A stretch of 64,000 nucleotides of DNA from Epithemia pelagica (GCA_946965045.2 OX337235.1:1116001-1180000); one strand, 5' to 3'; numbered from the stretch's first letter, positions 1-11,907 are shown. The notes: generated by a model not told the origin, from the letters alone. Program-made: numbers and translations.

Positions 1-1090
1 CCTCTCCCTCTCTTTTGAGTTCCTGCGTCGCATCGGCGTTTCTCCCAGCACGGGCAACTTTTAAAATATTGCGCACTTGCGAGGAGACCGTCCCACGCAA
101 GGCAAACAAAATGTATACTTCCAATCCAACCAACTCTTCGTGTTCTTGGTAGAGTTTTTGAAATAGTTCACGGTCAACCTTGCCAACCATTTGACCTCGT
201 CTAACCTTACGACATTCTTGGTAGATGATATCCATGGATTCACGCCAATCTGTTTCTTCCTCCTCTTGTCTGATAAGATGCGACTTTTTGGATGGTTGCC
301 GATGAGGGAATTTGGGTTTTATGCCACTGGTAGAACTGCGCTTGGAGGATAACAAACTCCCCAGTTTGCCAGATTTGCAAGACAACCATGATCGCCGAGA
401 CGACAACGACGAGGAAGAGGAAGATTCTGACGATGCTTGATTGCCCTTGTCTGTATTGGTCGAATCCGCAGTAGGTTTACCAAACAAACGCTTCACAATA
501 TCCGCTTGATTCACTTTAAATGATTTAAGGTCTTGCGGCGAAAACCAACATTGCTCCCATTCTTGTGCTGTCATGGTCCGTCCACTGGCGTGAAACTCAG
601 TCTTTTGAGTATCAAAACGGATCCTCCGTCTAGAAGAGGACGAGGGAGTGACATCGGAGCGTTGTCGAAGAATGCTCCCATGACGAGAGTTGGCCAAAGA
701 TGAACAGGTAGAAGATGAACGGGTGGGAGCACACAGCAACACGCTCTGCACTTCCACCGAATGCGACTCAATGATGGTGGCTACCAAAAACGGGGACGGT
801 TCCCGAGACAGAAGAGACAATGGTTCTTCGTTTTCTTCACTCAAACTACTCGTACTACTCGTAGATGATGTTGACAACGATCGCTCTCGTTGACTTGCAA
901 TGTGCTGTTGAATGTCACTTTTTGGTATGGTTTCGCCACATACGTTGTTGTTTGAGGAAAGGTGTCGTTTGATGGAGACTTGTTGCTTTGCCCGTTGATT
1001 CATTTTCGAAGAATTACGCTCGCCTGATTGAAGGAGCGCTCTCAGGTGACCATGGCCCATGTTTGCTTGATCGTTTTCTGGAGTTGTCAT
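1..1090 (-). CDS. Hypothetical diatom-family protein, same family as 8191..9177; runs off the window start and is absent from the ORF track
   Basis: Manual translation shows a stop-free frame from ATG 1090 (alternative ATGs at 1060, 1003, 574) to base 1. It includes RRRIRFDTQKTEFHASGRTMTAQEWEQCWF and LVGLEVYIL, matching RSVRFCLDKNLYHPPSVYDMTEEECTACWY and IPGLEHFIL in the 8191 protein. Confidence 0.7.
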   Translation of the reverse strand, partial: MTTPENDQANMGHGHLRALLQSGERNSSKMNQRAKQQVSIKRHLSSNNNVCGETIPKSDIQQHIASQRERSLSTSSTSSTSSLSEENEEPLSLLSREPSPFLVATIIESHSVEVQSVLLCAPTRSSSTCSSLANSRHGSILRQRSDVTPSSSSRRRIRFDTQKTEFHASGRTMTAQEWEQCWFSPQDLKSFKVNQADIVKRLFGKPTADSTNTDKGNQASSESSSSSSLSSRRSWLSCKSGKLGSLLSSKRSSTSGIKPKFPHRQPSKKSHLIRQEEEETDWRESMDIIYQECRKVRRGQMVGKVDRELFQKLYQEHEELVGLEVYILFALRGTVSSQVRNILKVARAGRNADATQELKREGE

Positions 1091-2302
1091 GCTGCTCTTC
1101 ACAACTCGCCGAATTGGTTTCGCCGGCAAAAGATCTATAAAAATGTCAATGAGTTTGTGGCGAGGAAAGCGCAAGGTGGAATGTTGGAAGTCGACAACAA
1201 AATGTGGACGGTCGACCCTTTTGTAAGTTTTTCCTTTGTTACGTCCTCGCAATGAACGGAGACAACGTGTACTTCCCACAAATGTGAGCGGTCTTGGCAA
1301 AGGTGGGCAACTCCGCGTTGGCAATTAAATTTGTGGAAGTTTTTCAGTTCAGTGGCCCGAAATAACGCGGGGCCAGCATTTTTTCGATCTGTGATTTACA
1401 TAATTACACCATTTGCGCGCGCATTTGTCAAATATTGGGAAGTGGAACTCCATCCAGTCGAAAAACCATATGTTTCCCCCAAATTACACGTGTGGGCGTG
1501 ACATGCTCTTCGAATTAAATCTTTCCATCTCTAATTAAAGTTGTAGATACGTTTGGATCCACATGTAAAACTCAGTTTTGTCTAACAAAATCAATCAGAA
1601 GCCTAACGGTTACGCCAAAGCAATAACTGTAAGCCCATCGGATGATCTTCAAATGGTTGGAGGGATATTTAATGGAATGAAGAAGGGGGAGCCGACCAGA
1701 AACAAAAACAAAATGTGAGAAGGTTCCGACTCCACATCATTTACTTTCTCACCGGGTAAAACGGATCTCATCCATCAATCAGCAATCAGGTGATGTCCGT
1801 CGTTGATATCCTGTGATGCGGACTTGACACTTTCTGAATTTTGTTTGAAATCCGAAGTCTTTCTTCTCCTCTTTAAGGGTTGGAGTCGCGCCGTCCACAA
1901 TCCTCGGCTATCGGAGGCATGTGTTTGAAGAAGTTTGAAGTACAAATCGAGTTTGGTCTCTAAAGATAACCAACTCAAATCGAGGTGATTCGTTATCTGG
2001 CCTGGCGAATACGTGTACAGGAGTCTCGTCCACGCTGCTTGTCCGCTCGCTCTATCTTCTTCCTTCTAAGTCGAGATTGTACTTACCACGGTGGAAACTT
2101 GTGGTCTGTATTCATGCAGTGTAACATCCAGATGCGGATCATAGCTTTCAATGAGACAACAAGAGGCATTTTAACTTGAGCATTGGTAGTAAAAGTTACA
2201 ATATGATGCTTCTAAGGTGCGAAGCGTACGATCGTAGCTTGTTTCGCGGTACGGTACGAGTGTATAGCCCAACCTAGGTCTAGAATTGCTGACGCATAGT
2301 CA

Positions 2303-3919
2303 TTATGGAATTGTTTCACCAATCTCTCCTGATCCGTACCAGTCCTTTCCAACACGATCACTAATCACAAAGAATACAAGGTGAGGGCCTCAAACAGCAT
2401 GATCTCGAATTGTGCATTCGCTATTCCATCAAGATGGTACATACCTGGCAAAGAGCGGCAATCGATTTTTCATGTGAATTCGATCAATTTCCCACATGAG
2501 TTCTTCGGGAAGTGGTTCATCGTTAGTAAAATACTTGACGGAATATTTCAATTGGTCCAGATTGGAGTGTCCCACCAATGTGGTGGTAATGAGAGACCGT
2601 TGCCGGCACCATCGCAAGGAAAGTTCTGTCAATCCACCCTTGATGAACCGAAATTGTTTCTGATGGAGCAGGTCCGTATACTCGCGAATGGCTTGTTGCG
2701 CCGCGGCGGTGCGATACCGGTACAAGGTCATACCCCACCCTTTGGTATCCATGCGTCCTCGAGGATTCTGGATACTTTGAATGGCACGATCCCGATTCTT
2801 ATTGGGACCTTCTTCCAAGTCATCCAACGCCGCTGGAACGTCCATGTATTTCCCGGTAAGCATGCCTCCTGCCAAGGCATTGTAGGCCATGAACCCAACG
2901 TTTTCATTGTAGGGTGACGCAGCTTCTGCCACACCATTCTCTTCGCTCTTACGATCGAGAATGGAAAAGTCACCTTCCATGGAGCAGGGCGGTGTAGTTC
3001 CCAGTGCCTTGGCAGTCCGTGTGCAAGCTGTGAGCCCATAGGCATTGTCGTTGCACAATCCCCAGCAACGAATCTTGCCCTGCTGAATCAGTTTCTCCAT
3101 GGCCATGCACAAATCTTCAAAAGATGTAGGTCCACCCATGCCACGCCAATACAAATTGGAATCGTTTTCAATGTTGTACGCAAGAGACTGTCCCCAATTC
3201 GACTGTGGAGAATATCGTTGAGGCCAATGCAGTTGATATACATCAATATAATCCGTTTGCAATCGCTTGAGACTTCCTTCGCAATCGGCAACTATATTTT
3301 TGGGAGTGACATTTCGTCCGCCAGTGATTTTGGAGGCGATCACCACCTTATCTCTCGCTACTTTGCGGTCCTTGATCCATTTTCCAATCAAACGTTCCGA
3401 GTCACCCTCGAGTGTTTCGCGATCATCGGAGGGAATTGGATATTGTTCTGCGGTATCCAAGAGATTGACGCCGTGTTCCAGAATGGCATAGTCCATAAAC
3501 TTGAAACACTCTTCTTCATTGGGTGCATTGTAATCGGACGAGACCCATCGTTGCGTTCCTAATCCAAGTTCCGATACCACAATATCCGATCCTCCCAAAC
3601 GACGTTGTTTCATACCATTCACTTTGCGAATCACTTCGTTGGTAGGTCCCTTGGCGCCAGGGACGCTTGTTTTGATATTCTTGGGAAGCAGGTTGTTATC
3701 ACCATCGTCTCCAAAAATATTAAAAAGGGACGAAATCATTCCAATTTGTTGAATACTTGTACGACGATCCACCGTCCAGAGTCGAAGCGAAGAGGGAGGA
3801 CGTGGGTACGACGACGGTCGTCCGCGTCCCAGAGGACTATATGGCTTTGTCTCGGACGGCAACGTCCAGCCCCATGTTACGGGTAGAAACACTAATGCTA
3901 GTGATAAACAAAGAATCAT
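2303..3919 (-). CDS. Aldo-keto reductase (Tas-like), probable signal peptide; two exons, intron 2361..2444
   Basis: Motifs VSELGLGTQRW, GVNLLDTAEQYP, VVIASKI, SLKRLQTDYIDVYQLHWP and GKIRCWGLCN. The hydrophobic start MILCLSLALVFLPVTWG is at 3919. Splicing a GTATGT donor (2444) to a TAG acceptor (2361) replaces the ORF-track tail with ASDRVGKDWYGSGEIGETIP* (TAA 2305..2303). Confidence 0.85.
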
Positions 3920-4576
3920 ACCTTCCAAACCGAGGTCGTTGTGTCCTTCACTCTGGCCATTGGCAATTGGCCCACTGCGCAATTTGGGGGTTCGAGGTAG
4001 CGTCTCAAAAGCGATCAAAATACGACCAATTGCCTTCCTTTGGATTCTGGGACCAGCCGCCTTGGTCGAGTGGTACGGGCCTTTGCTCATGATGGTCTCG
4101 GTGCTTGGGTGTCCAGGGTTCGAGTCCGCTGTGATTAGGTGGTTGGGAGGGCTAGATGTGGGGCCCGGAAAAACGGTTCGTCTATGTGGCCCCTTGTCAC
4201 ACAAGCGGGCTGTCCCCCCGCTCCATGATTCCGAGTGTCATGGCGCCAGGGCAGTCGGTCGACTTAACCCCAGGCGGTAGAGTGGGTGAGCGCGGCAGCT
4301 GGAAGAATAGATTCAAACCTCTTGCGCGCCTGGCGAACCTTCTTTCTCTTCATCTTCGCGCATCCGGCACATGGATTTTGTCACAAGATCGTACCTTTCT
4401 TTCATCGCGTACTGTGACGGATCAACTAACTGCGAACAGGAAAAACTCTGAATCAAACCGCGTTTCGATGAGTTCTTGGCTTACTAATTACATGTACATA
4501 TGAATTCACCAAAGCTCTCTCGTCTCTTTTCGATTTCGGTTCTCACGAGGATGCATATATAATGTAAACACACCGT

Positions 4577-5308
4577 TTATCCAAACCAGGATTCGTCCTT
4601 CTCGCTCTTGCGGCTTTGTTCTTCCTTGGGCTTTTGTCCGGCCTCTTCATCTTCCGTGTACATCTTGTATACTTCTTCCTGATCAGCTTTCGAAGTGTTG
4701 GAGGAGCCCTCGCTACCATTGCCTCGCAACATGACAATAAAGACAAATGCCACCGAAAAAAGCAACCAGCACGAGTTGGTCATGTACATCATGACTCCGA
4801 ACTGACCATACCAGCCATGTTCCTCAATAGCGCGGCCTTCCACTTCAATGGCGCCCTCAAGGCCACCCAAGAAGAAGAGACTGAGAAAGGCCAAGTTGGC
4901 AAACACGGCCAACATCACAATCGTCACATGGGCTCTGCCTCGTGTCACGCACTTGGATCCATGAAGGAGTACAAAGATAAACAAACTCACAGACCAGATG
5001 TAGGCAAATACGAGGGCGGGACTCGGACGTTCGTCTTCACCGGCATCCTCACCCGAGAACATCCACCACCAAGGAGAACCTCGCTCTTGCTGTTCACCTC
5101 CATTTTGTTCCTCGCCTTGTTGATTACATCCCCACTGCCACCAGCGGCACCCGCCAGCAGCGTTTCCATCATTACCATTAGCATTGTTTTGCTCTGCATC
5201 GCTGTTGACCATTCTCGAAATGAAGAACATGAACAAAGGCAAAACCACGGTGATGGCACCAGAGGTAAACCATGCATTTCGGAAAGAGGCGTCGTTGTCA
5301 AGCACCAT
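4577..5308 (-). CDS. Hypothetical multi-pass membrane protein with a Trp/Gln/Asn-rich loop
   Basis: 243-aa ORF with about four hydrophobic helices and the loop GCRWWQWGC...SPWWWMF. A paralog lies immediately upstream. Confidence 0.7.
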   Translation of the reverse strand: MVLDNDASFRNAWFTSGAITVVLPLFMFFISRMVNSDAEQNNANGNDGNAAGGCRWWQWGCNQQGEEQNGGEQQERGSPWWWMFSGEDAGEDERPSPALVFAYIWSVSLFIFVLLHGSKCVTRGRAHVTIVMLAVFANLAFLSLFFLGGLEGAIEVEGRAIEEHGWYGQFGVMMYMTNSCWLLFSVAFVFIVMLRGNGSEGSSNTSKADQEEVYKMYTEDEEAGQKPKEEQSRKSEKDESWFG

Positions 5309-6150
5309 GTTGCTTTGAGTTTTCGGAGAGAATACTTCTTTGAGTGTTAAAGTAAGACTTGCTCCATATTCCAGTTTCCTTATGTTTAGTGTTGTCCGTC
5401 TCGTAGTGAGACTTGTCCCATATTGCGGAATCCTGCGCCATGGTATGCGTCGCCGAGGACACAGTCTCGCTCGTCGAAGACCATAGTGATTTAAGGTATG
5501 TGTTGATTTTTTGAGACAGAGGTACAGTTCGTCTCACTGGCGGTGGTCTTTCTCGTGGAATTAGCAAGACAATGCTAAAGAACAGAGAGAAAATGAACCA
5601 AAGAATGCTTGACACATAAAGCAAGACTGGAACTTTCCCATACGACGCTTGTCCTTCAATTCCAGTAGCCCCGAGTCCACGTAGGTAAAGGGCAGAAAGC
5701 AAAGCCAAGTTGGCATAAACTGCAAGTAGGGCGACCGTGACGTGGGTTCAAAGCGCCCTTGGCACCATAGTGAAGAACCAGTAAAAAGAGAACCAGAGCC
5801 CAAACATACGTAAACACTATCGTGCGACTATCGCCTTGGTTTGCTGCTCCTGTGATCTTTTCCCACCAAGTAGCGCCATCGTCTCCGCAGCCCTGCTGGA
5901 ACCAGCCGCAATTGTAGTATTCGTTTTCGGCTTCTTGGTTAGCGTTGTTGTTGTTGTTATTGTTGTCGTCGTCGTAGTAGTAGCCGCCGTCCTCTTGATT
6001 CTCATCATTTGCATCTTCCTTGTCGCTCCGAAACAAGTTTACAAAAGGCACCAATCACTGGTTGAGGAAAAGAATGAGCGGGAAACCAATGGAGAAAATG
6101 CCTCCACCATACCACACTCCCAGAAATGTTGTTTCGTCGTCCAGAAACAT
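5298..6150 (-). pseudogene. Disrupted tandem paralog of 4577..5308
   Basis: ATG 6150 gives MFLDDETTFLGVWYGGG (cf. MVLDNDASFRNAWFTSG). There is an in-frame TGA at 6057..6055. A frameshift near 5746 restores HVTVALLAVYANLALLS (cf. HVTIVMLAVFANLAFLS). Confidence 0.65.
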
Positions 6151-8190
6151 TGTTTTTCCTTGCTTCTTAAATGAGTTTTGTTCCCTCTACCTTCTTTCTT
6201 TTGTGAGGATAAATCACAGCGGTGCTTGTTGAGACGACAGCGAACGGCGCACCTTTCATCCTAACGGACGCAATTTTTTGTCCATGGTTCCACATTTCAA
6301 TGGATGTGCGCCGAATGTCCAGCGTATAACTCACATCAGCATGGGAGTACCATCACTTGGTGTGGTTGACGATAGTTCTCTTCCTCACGATTCACCGACT
6401 ATTCTCGCTCTCTCCCATTGTTCATTTTTCTTGACGTTCGTTTGATGATTGAAAAAGAGCTCAACCAGAGGTGTCTTTCAACTTTCGTGTGAGTCAGAAG
6501 CGCGTCTGTGATCCATATCGACATACTCCGATTCACTGCAACATTTCACGAAAAAGATACACACCCCTTCCACTAGGAAACATCATGATGTGATCATCAA
6601 CACATGAAATTTCCTTCAACGAGACACATGGGATCTGTTGCAGGGGCGTTCAAAAAGTGGAGAGTGACCTTGAAGCGTGGCCACAAAATTTCGTCAGGCT
6701 TTGATAGACATTTAGAAGCAACCTGACTAATTTGGCAGTCTGACCAAATTTGGTGGGCGGATTTCTGGGGTCACCGCGATGCCACCGTAGAAAACTTTGA
6801 CAATTTATAACTTAACTTCTACTTAACCAATTTTGGAATTTGAGGTGTCATTCAAAAGCCCAGAACGAGATCTGTCGATTGGGCACTTCAAAATGTGTTT
6901 TTGTCGCCAAATGGATGAAGGAAAGTTTAAATTGGTAGTCTAACTCAGCTACCTGCCCACACACAGTCTCGATCAGATTTGGTGCAGTCTAGCAAGAAAC
7001 GATAATGACAAAGTCAGCATCCATCAAGGTAACGTGAATGCATAGTGTGTACCCAACAACTTCATTGTTGTCAACATGCAACGTCTACCTTCAGCTCCAA
7101 CAGTATCATTATCAGCACACATCGTGTACATCATGCTAAACCCTATGTGATGATTGGATTCGTGTTCATCGAGATGAACCTTCATTCTGATACCCAACTT
7201 ACTCTTGGATTCTTTGTTGAAGACAGGACAAACAGCACCACAGATCATCTTGAGGTAATCAAAGGACACAGGTATCTCCTTCTGACCATTGTACTCATAC
7301 CAAACAGACCTGATGATACACGCAGGAACCACTGTTGACATTCTCGCTGTGTCTTGTCCAACAGAACTGGCATCTATCTCGACTCGAAGGGAACCAGCAG
7401 TAGAATGAACAACAAGAACTTGATCCTGTCTATTGAGAAAGCCATGAAGGACATGAAAGATGAAAGACAATTAATAGGGAACAAAATCCGATTAATTAGT
7501 GTTACAGTGAGAAGTTACGTGTTAATTCACGTGATAGCCCGTATAAACATTTTGGTCCAAATTAGTACGGGCTATCGCGGTGCCAAATTGTCAGGTAGAC
7601 CAGATATTTGCCAGAATCCAGAAATCCAGAAAATCCTGAATAACTTTACCGGGCGTTTATCTTTTTCAAAATAAAGGTTATCACCAGATAGAGCTCGTCG
7701 AGCTCTGTCGATTCCGCTGCTTAACATTGAAATACGGCAACATGGTCGTGACTCAGAATTTATGGCGTGACTCATGCGCCGAACCGTCAGGTTGCTTCTA
7801 CTTAGATGCTGGGGGTCGATCACTTAATTGTATCTACTTTTTGAATGTATGTTGACCCCGCAAACAATGGTATGTAACTGACATCAGCGAATCGAATCTA
7901 AAATTTAGTAGGTCACTTCTTTTTTATTTAATGTATTTCTTTGTCCAACGGACAGTCCCAACGCTGAACCTCATTCCAACGGATCTATGTAATTTTTCTT
8001 GATAGCGTAGAATCTGAGAGGAAGACCGAGCAGAAAGGAAAATGGCACGGGCCACTCGGAGAGCCCATTCGTAGTTCGTTGGTGTGTTCGGCCTGTGGGT
8101 GCGTTTTGATAAAACAATACGAGAAGGAAGATCATTTCATCAGAACGTTGCCGTTCCTATCGTTGCCGTGCTTGGTCTCGTTCCTTCACA

Positions 8191-9177
8191 ATGGATATCG
8201 AGTTCCTTACCAACGCTCCTTCCAAGAAGTTGGAGACATTGGGCGACGGCTCATCTGTCGACGACACAGAATCGTTGTCACTGTCGGCTGCCGAAGAACT
8301 GAGTTGCTGCAACAGTACGCAAGTTCACCTTCCCGAAAACCATGAGGACGAATCGGAAAGTTGTATCGAAGTGCAACTGGAATCGGAGAACCCCATTCAA
8401 TACGAATCCGAGAACGAAACATGTTCCTTGTCGTCCGATGAGTTAAATACATTGCAAAGAACCGATCCAAAAGGTCCTTCCAAATTTCCTCGATCCGTAC
8501 GGTTTTGCCTTGACAAGAACCTTTACCATCCACCTTCAGTCTACGATATGACGGAAGAGGAGTGTACAGCATGCTGGTACCACAAGGAGTCCAAAGACTT
8601 GTTCCGAGAAGAGTCGGCATCATCTGCCAGAAAAGCCTTTCTCAAGAAGCAGTCTTTCTCCTATTCGTATTTCTTTTCGTGGTTTCAACAAGCGACGCCT
8701 GACTTCAACGAGTTTGCCGATTGCATTTTGGATGCATACGATTCATGTGCAGAACCGGAACTCGAAATGGACAATTTGGAGCCAACAGGTTCCGTTATTG
8801 GATTGTCTACTGTATCAAGTTTTGTTCCTGATTACTCCTACCAACAACAACCGTACCGACAATCTCTTTGTGACATGTACTCAAGCTGTGATGACATACC
8901 TGGTCTGGAACATTTTATTTTGTCGCCCTTTCGTGGCGAACCAGAAAGTCTACGAACCTATGTGTTGGATCAAGCTCGTTTCCGACTGCAACGGAACCGA
9001 TCATGCGATCCTACTTCCTTGACCAGTGCATGCTCAAGACTAGACCAACCCTTTGGTCACGAGGACGGAATCACTAATACGCTTGCCTATGTCAGCCGCT
9101 GCATTAGTCGACCATCTCGACTTTTGGCGCATGAATTTGGGAAAGCTCTCGCCGAGTCGTTGCAACAAGAGCTATGA
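8191..9177 (+). CDS. Hypothetical diatom-family protein (VRF...M-T-x-x-E...CWY motif)
   Basis: 328-aa ATG-to-stop ORF that shares motifs with the 1..1090 ORF. Confidence 0.7.
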   Translation: MDIEFLTNAPSKKLETLGDGSSVDDTESLSLSAAEELSCCNSTQVHLPENHEDESESCIEVQLESENPIQYESENETCSLSSDELNTLQRTDPKGPSKFPRSVRFCLDKNLYHPPSVYDMTEEECTACWYHKESKDLFREESASSARKAFLKKQSFSYSYFFSWFQQATPDFNEFADCILDAYDSCAEPELEMDNLEPTGSVIGLSTVSSFVPDYSYQQQPYRQSLCDMYSSCDDIPGLEHFILSPFRGEPESLRTYVLDQARFRLQRNRSCDPTSLTSACSRLDQPFGHEDGITNTLAYVSRCISRPSRLLAHEFGKALAESLQQEL

Positions 9178-9418
9178 CGAGAGGGAAACTAGCTGTTTAA
9201 ATAGAACCTTAGTTTTGCTGCTACTCCTACAATCCTGTCGTAACAAAATGCTGTCTCGTATGCTGGAGGGTCATGATCATCACATTAGCATAGACGATCG
9301 TGGACGTTAGGACGATGTGATTTTGGTCGAACCATGGTAAGATGATCAAGTATCAAAATCAAATGCATCGAATTGGCTTAACTATGTACGTATCATGGAC
9401 TCATGAGAGTCAGATGTA

Positions 9419-10534
9419 TTACATTGGAACGATATCAATTTGTTCGTTCGAGAAAGACGAGCTTCCTTCAGCACTGTTGGTTTTGGAAAAATCAAACGTG
9501 TTAACCAGAGCGTCAATCAGTTCATTGTCAGATAGCATGTCGCTCATATCGTAAGGACAAAGGTCGATCTCCTGGATGACATGATCCCCTTCTATCATTG
9601 GCAAAACGACTAAAGGGGGAGGGGGATCTTGTGAACGATGCATTGATATCCAGCCGCTTGATCTTGGTACAAGCGGCGCAACTTCAGCAGGTTCGTCCAC
9701 AATGAAATTCACAGTACCTTCAGGGTTTAGGTCGCCCATGTCATGAGGAACAAAGTTGCTATCCTGGATCACATGATCGAGTTCTTCTTCCTCACTGATA
9801 CAGCGCGATTGCTTCTTCATCATTGGAAAACCGAATGCAGAGGGAGGCGAATCTTGTGAACCCTCCATGACTGTCAACGCAGTCGACATTTGTACAAGTG
9901 GCGCAACGCCATCTGGCTCGTGCACAGGGACATTTGCAATGCCTTGAGGGAGGGCATTCATTCTCTTCGAAAGCCCGCTATCGGAGTTCCCTGATTCCAT
10001 GGTGGTTCTTCTTCTTCTTGAGGACTTGGACACTGTACGCGTCTTTGGGCGACGTGTTTTCCCAGTTCTTTTGTCACTTGACAATTTTTTCACGTCAACT
10101 TCACGAAGCTGGTGTTTAATGACATCAAGGGCCCACTTCCGTCCAACTTCGATGCAAACTCCTGGGGGGTAGGATTCGATTTGCTCGATGCTCCCGTGCT
10201 GCTCCAAAAGCGACGTCTTGCGAGAGTTACCCACGCGAGATTTATCTTCGGCCGTTCTGGTTGCACAGTCGTCTGCACGGATCTTGGATAACACTGCGTC
10301 ACATGGAATCACAAACTTGATGTGGACCAGTTCGTTGGCCAAGAGGTTTTCGGCTACAATTCCACGCATGGACCGTGGCATGTCCTGATACTCGGCGCTC
10401 TTGGAAGCAATAATGGCTCTTACCACACGGTTTCCGGGATGCGTTACACCGTGACCTCCACGGCCCACCCAAAAGAAAGATTTATCTTGGAGAACTTGGT
10501 TTAAATTGAAGTAACTTGGCAGACGCACTCTCAT
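9419..10534 (-). CDS. DUF6824-like domain protein
   Basis: N-terminal VGRGGHGVTHPGNRVVRAIIASKSAEYQ...RGIVAENLL and ALDVIKHQLRE resemble the GRG...HPGN...KI..ALR domain expanded in diatoms. The tail is low complexity. Confidence 0.65.
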   Translation of the reverse strand: MRVRLPSYFNLNQVLQDKSFFWVGRGGHGVTHPGNRVVRAIIASKSAEYQDMPRSMRGIVAENLLANELVHIKFVIPCDAVLSKIRADDCATRTAEDKSRVGNSRKTSLLEQHGSIEQIESYPPGVCIEVGRKWALDVIKHQLREVDVKKLSSDKRTGKTRRPKTRTVSKSSRRRRTTMESGNSDSGLSKRMNALPQGIANVPVHEPDGVAPLVQMSTALTVMEGSQDSPPSAFGFPMMKKQSRCISEEEELDHVIQDSNFVPHDMGDLNPEGTVNFIVDEPAEVAPLVPRSSGWISMHRSQDPPPPLVVLPMIEGDHVIQEIDLCPYDMSDMLSDNELIDALVNTFDFSKTNSAEGSSSFSNEQIDIVPM

Positions 10535-10742
10535 TGTGTTCGTTGTTGTTGTTGTTGGAGGCGATGAAATTGATGAAACGAGACAAGGTATTGAGCGCTC
10601 TTTTGGATGATAGGGCGATGAGTTTTATGAGAAGAGACAAGTCTTGAGCGTTCGTCCAGTGTGTTCGTTGTGGTTGTTGGATGATGGGGCAATGAAATTT
10701 ATGACAGAAGAAACAAAGTCTTGAGTGTTCGTCCAGTGTCTG
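10535..10742. repeat. About three imperfect ~70-bp tandem units upstream of the DUF6824 gene
   Basis: Recurring units of the form gtgttcgttgt(g/t)gttgttgga...gc(g/a)atga...gacaag(t/g)(c/t)ttgag(c/t)g(t/c)tc. Confidence 0.6.
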
Positions 10743-11907
10743 CGTGGTGATCAGCGGAGCTTCCCGAGCCGCAAGATACTGGAGAAGACGTGCGTCTCAT
10801 CCAATTCGATCGCAAGCTGCTGCAACTCATCACTAAGTACAGAGATGTACGTTGCCATTTGGAACTCGACAAGGTAGCAAGATCAAGCACGATTCTGTTG
10901 TTGTGTTGCGGCATCGCAGGTTGCGAGACTGCTTTTTGGGCGAGACGTGAGATGAATCTCATGATTCATGATTCGAAAGATCCGGATTTCGGGATTGGTT
11001 GTTGTGGTTGGTGGTTGGTGGTGGTGGGTCATCGATAAGCTTCCGAGTCATCATCGTCAGCGACTCAAAAGCGAACTAGAGATTTCGGGTTCGGTTCGCA
11101 GTTCGCATCGTTCCCTGTTTTTTCTGACCTCTGACGATGACATCCACTATGAAAGGTCCAAGATCAATAGGGACTTACGTTTCTATCGGTTGTGGATATA
11201 CAGTTCCATCGTGATCATGCCCTCCCGACAGGACCGAGGTTTGTAGTCTCCTTAGATGACTGGTACGATGCGGATTGTGCTCTCTCGCTCTGTGAGATAT
11301 AGACGGCCACGTCCCTGAGTAGTTTTCAGGACTGACATTCACATTGATGGCGTCCCTGGCCATCAAATCCCAGATCGTGGCAGTAAAAGACTGATTTTTG
11401 GTTTTTGGATGTTCTTTCCTACTAGATGTGGTCACGACGACGTATGATAAAGGAATAACTGTAAACTGGATTAATTCATCCAGATATTAGCGTTAACAAT
11501 CGGCTTGAATCACAGTTATCATCACAAGGACATAGAAGTACCACCTCTTCTCTTAGAATTGAAAAGGAAGGGTAGAAGGGTCAAATCGGTCCTCAGCCAA
11601 GCCCAAGTTGACAAAAATCTCCTTGCCGTTCACCAACTCTTGCGCAACAATACCGGCAGCACCAAGCATGGCAAGACGACCGTTCTGCAACTCCTTCGTG
11701 TGCAACTCAAGGAACTCTTCAGGGTCAGAGGGCTTGAGGCCGAGAGGATCAAAACCAACATCTCCAGGGAAGTAGTCGTCGTTCAACACTTGCTTTTTGA
11801 CTTCAGTGGGACGGATCCAGCCAACCAATGCACGGTTCAATTCCAAAGTTCCAATCACAACAGCCAACAACTCAAAGAAAATAGGAGCAACGGCACACAC
11901 TCGTCCA
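10743..11907. repeat. Segmental duplication, copy A' (Lhcx 3' half plus ~800 bp of downstream flank); partner of 14176..15277
   Basis: Both copies begin cgtggtgatcagcg...cccgagccgcaagatactggagaagacgtgcgtctcatcc and stay collinear, with small indels, into the Lhcx CDS. Confidence 0.9.
11553..11907 (-). pseudogene. 5'-truncated Lhcx fragment (helix 2 to C-terminus)
   Basis: Encodes [10 protein letters not shown]...[34 protein letters not shown]...DPSTLPFQF*. Homology stops at about 11907 after a 1-nt deletion; helix 1 and the transit peptide are absent. Confidence 0.85.

Noticed and set aside
3920-4204. N-terminal extension of the AKR given by the ORF track
   Set aside because: It begins at a non-ATG codon and looks non-coding; the signal-peptide start at 3919 is more plausible.
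6055-6057. Selenocysteine or readthrough at the in-frame TGA
   Set aside because: The same copy also has a frameshift, the paralog has no Cys at this position, and no SECIS was recognised.
7024-7823. Short ORFs and transposon-end-like sequence around 6.6-7.8 kb (similar at 1.3-1.7 kb)
   Set aside because: No recognisable domain, TIR pair or TSD could be established; these are possibly old TE remnants.
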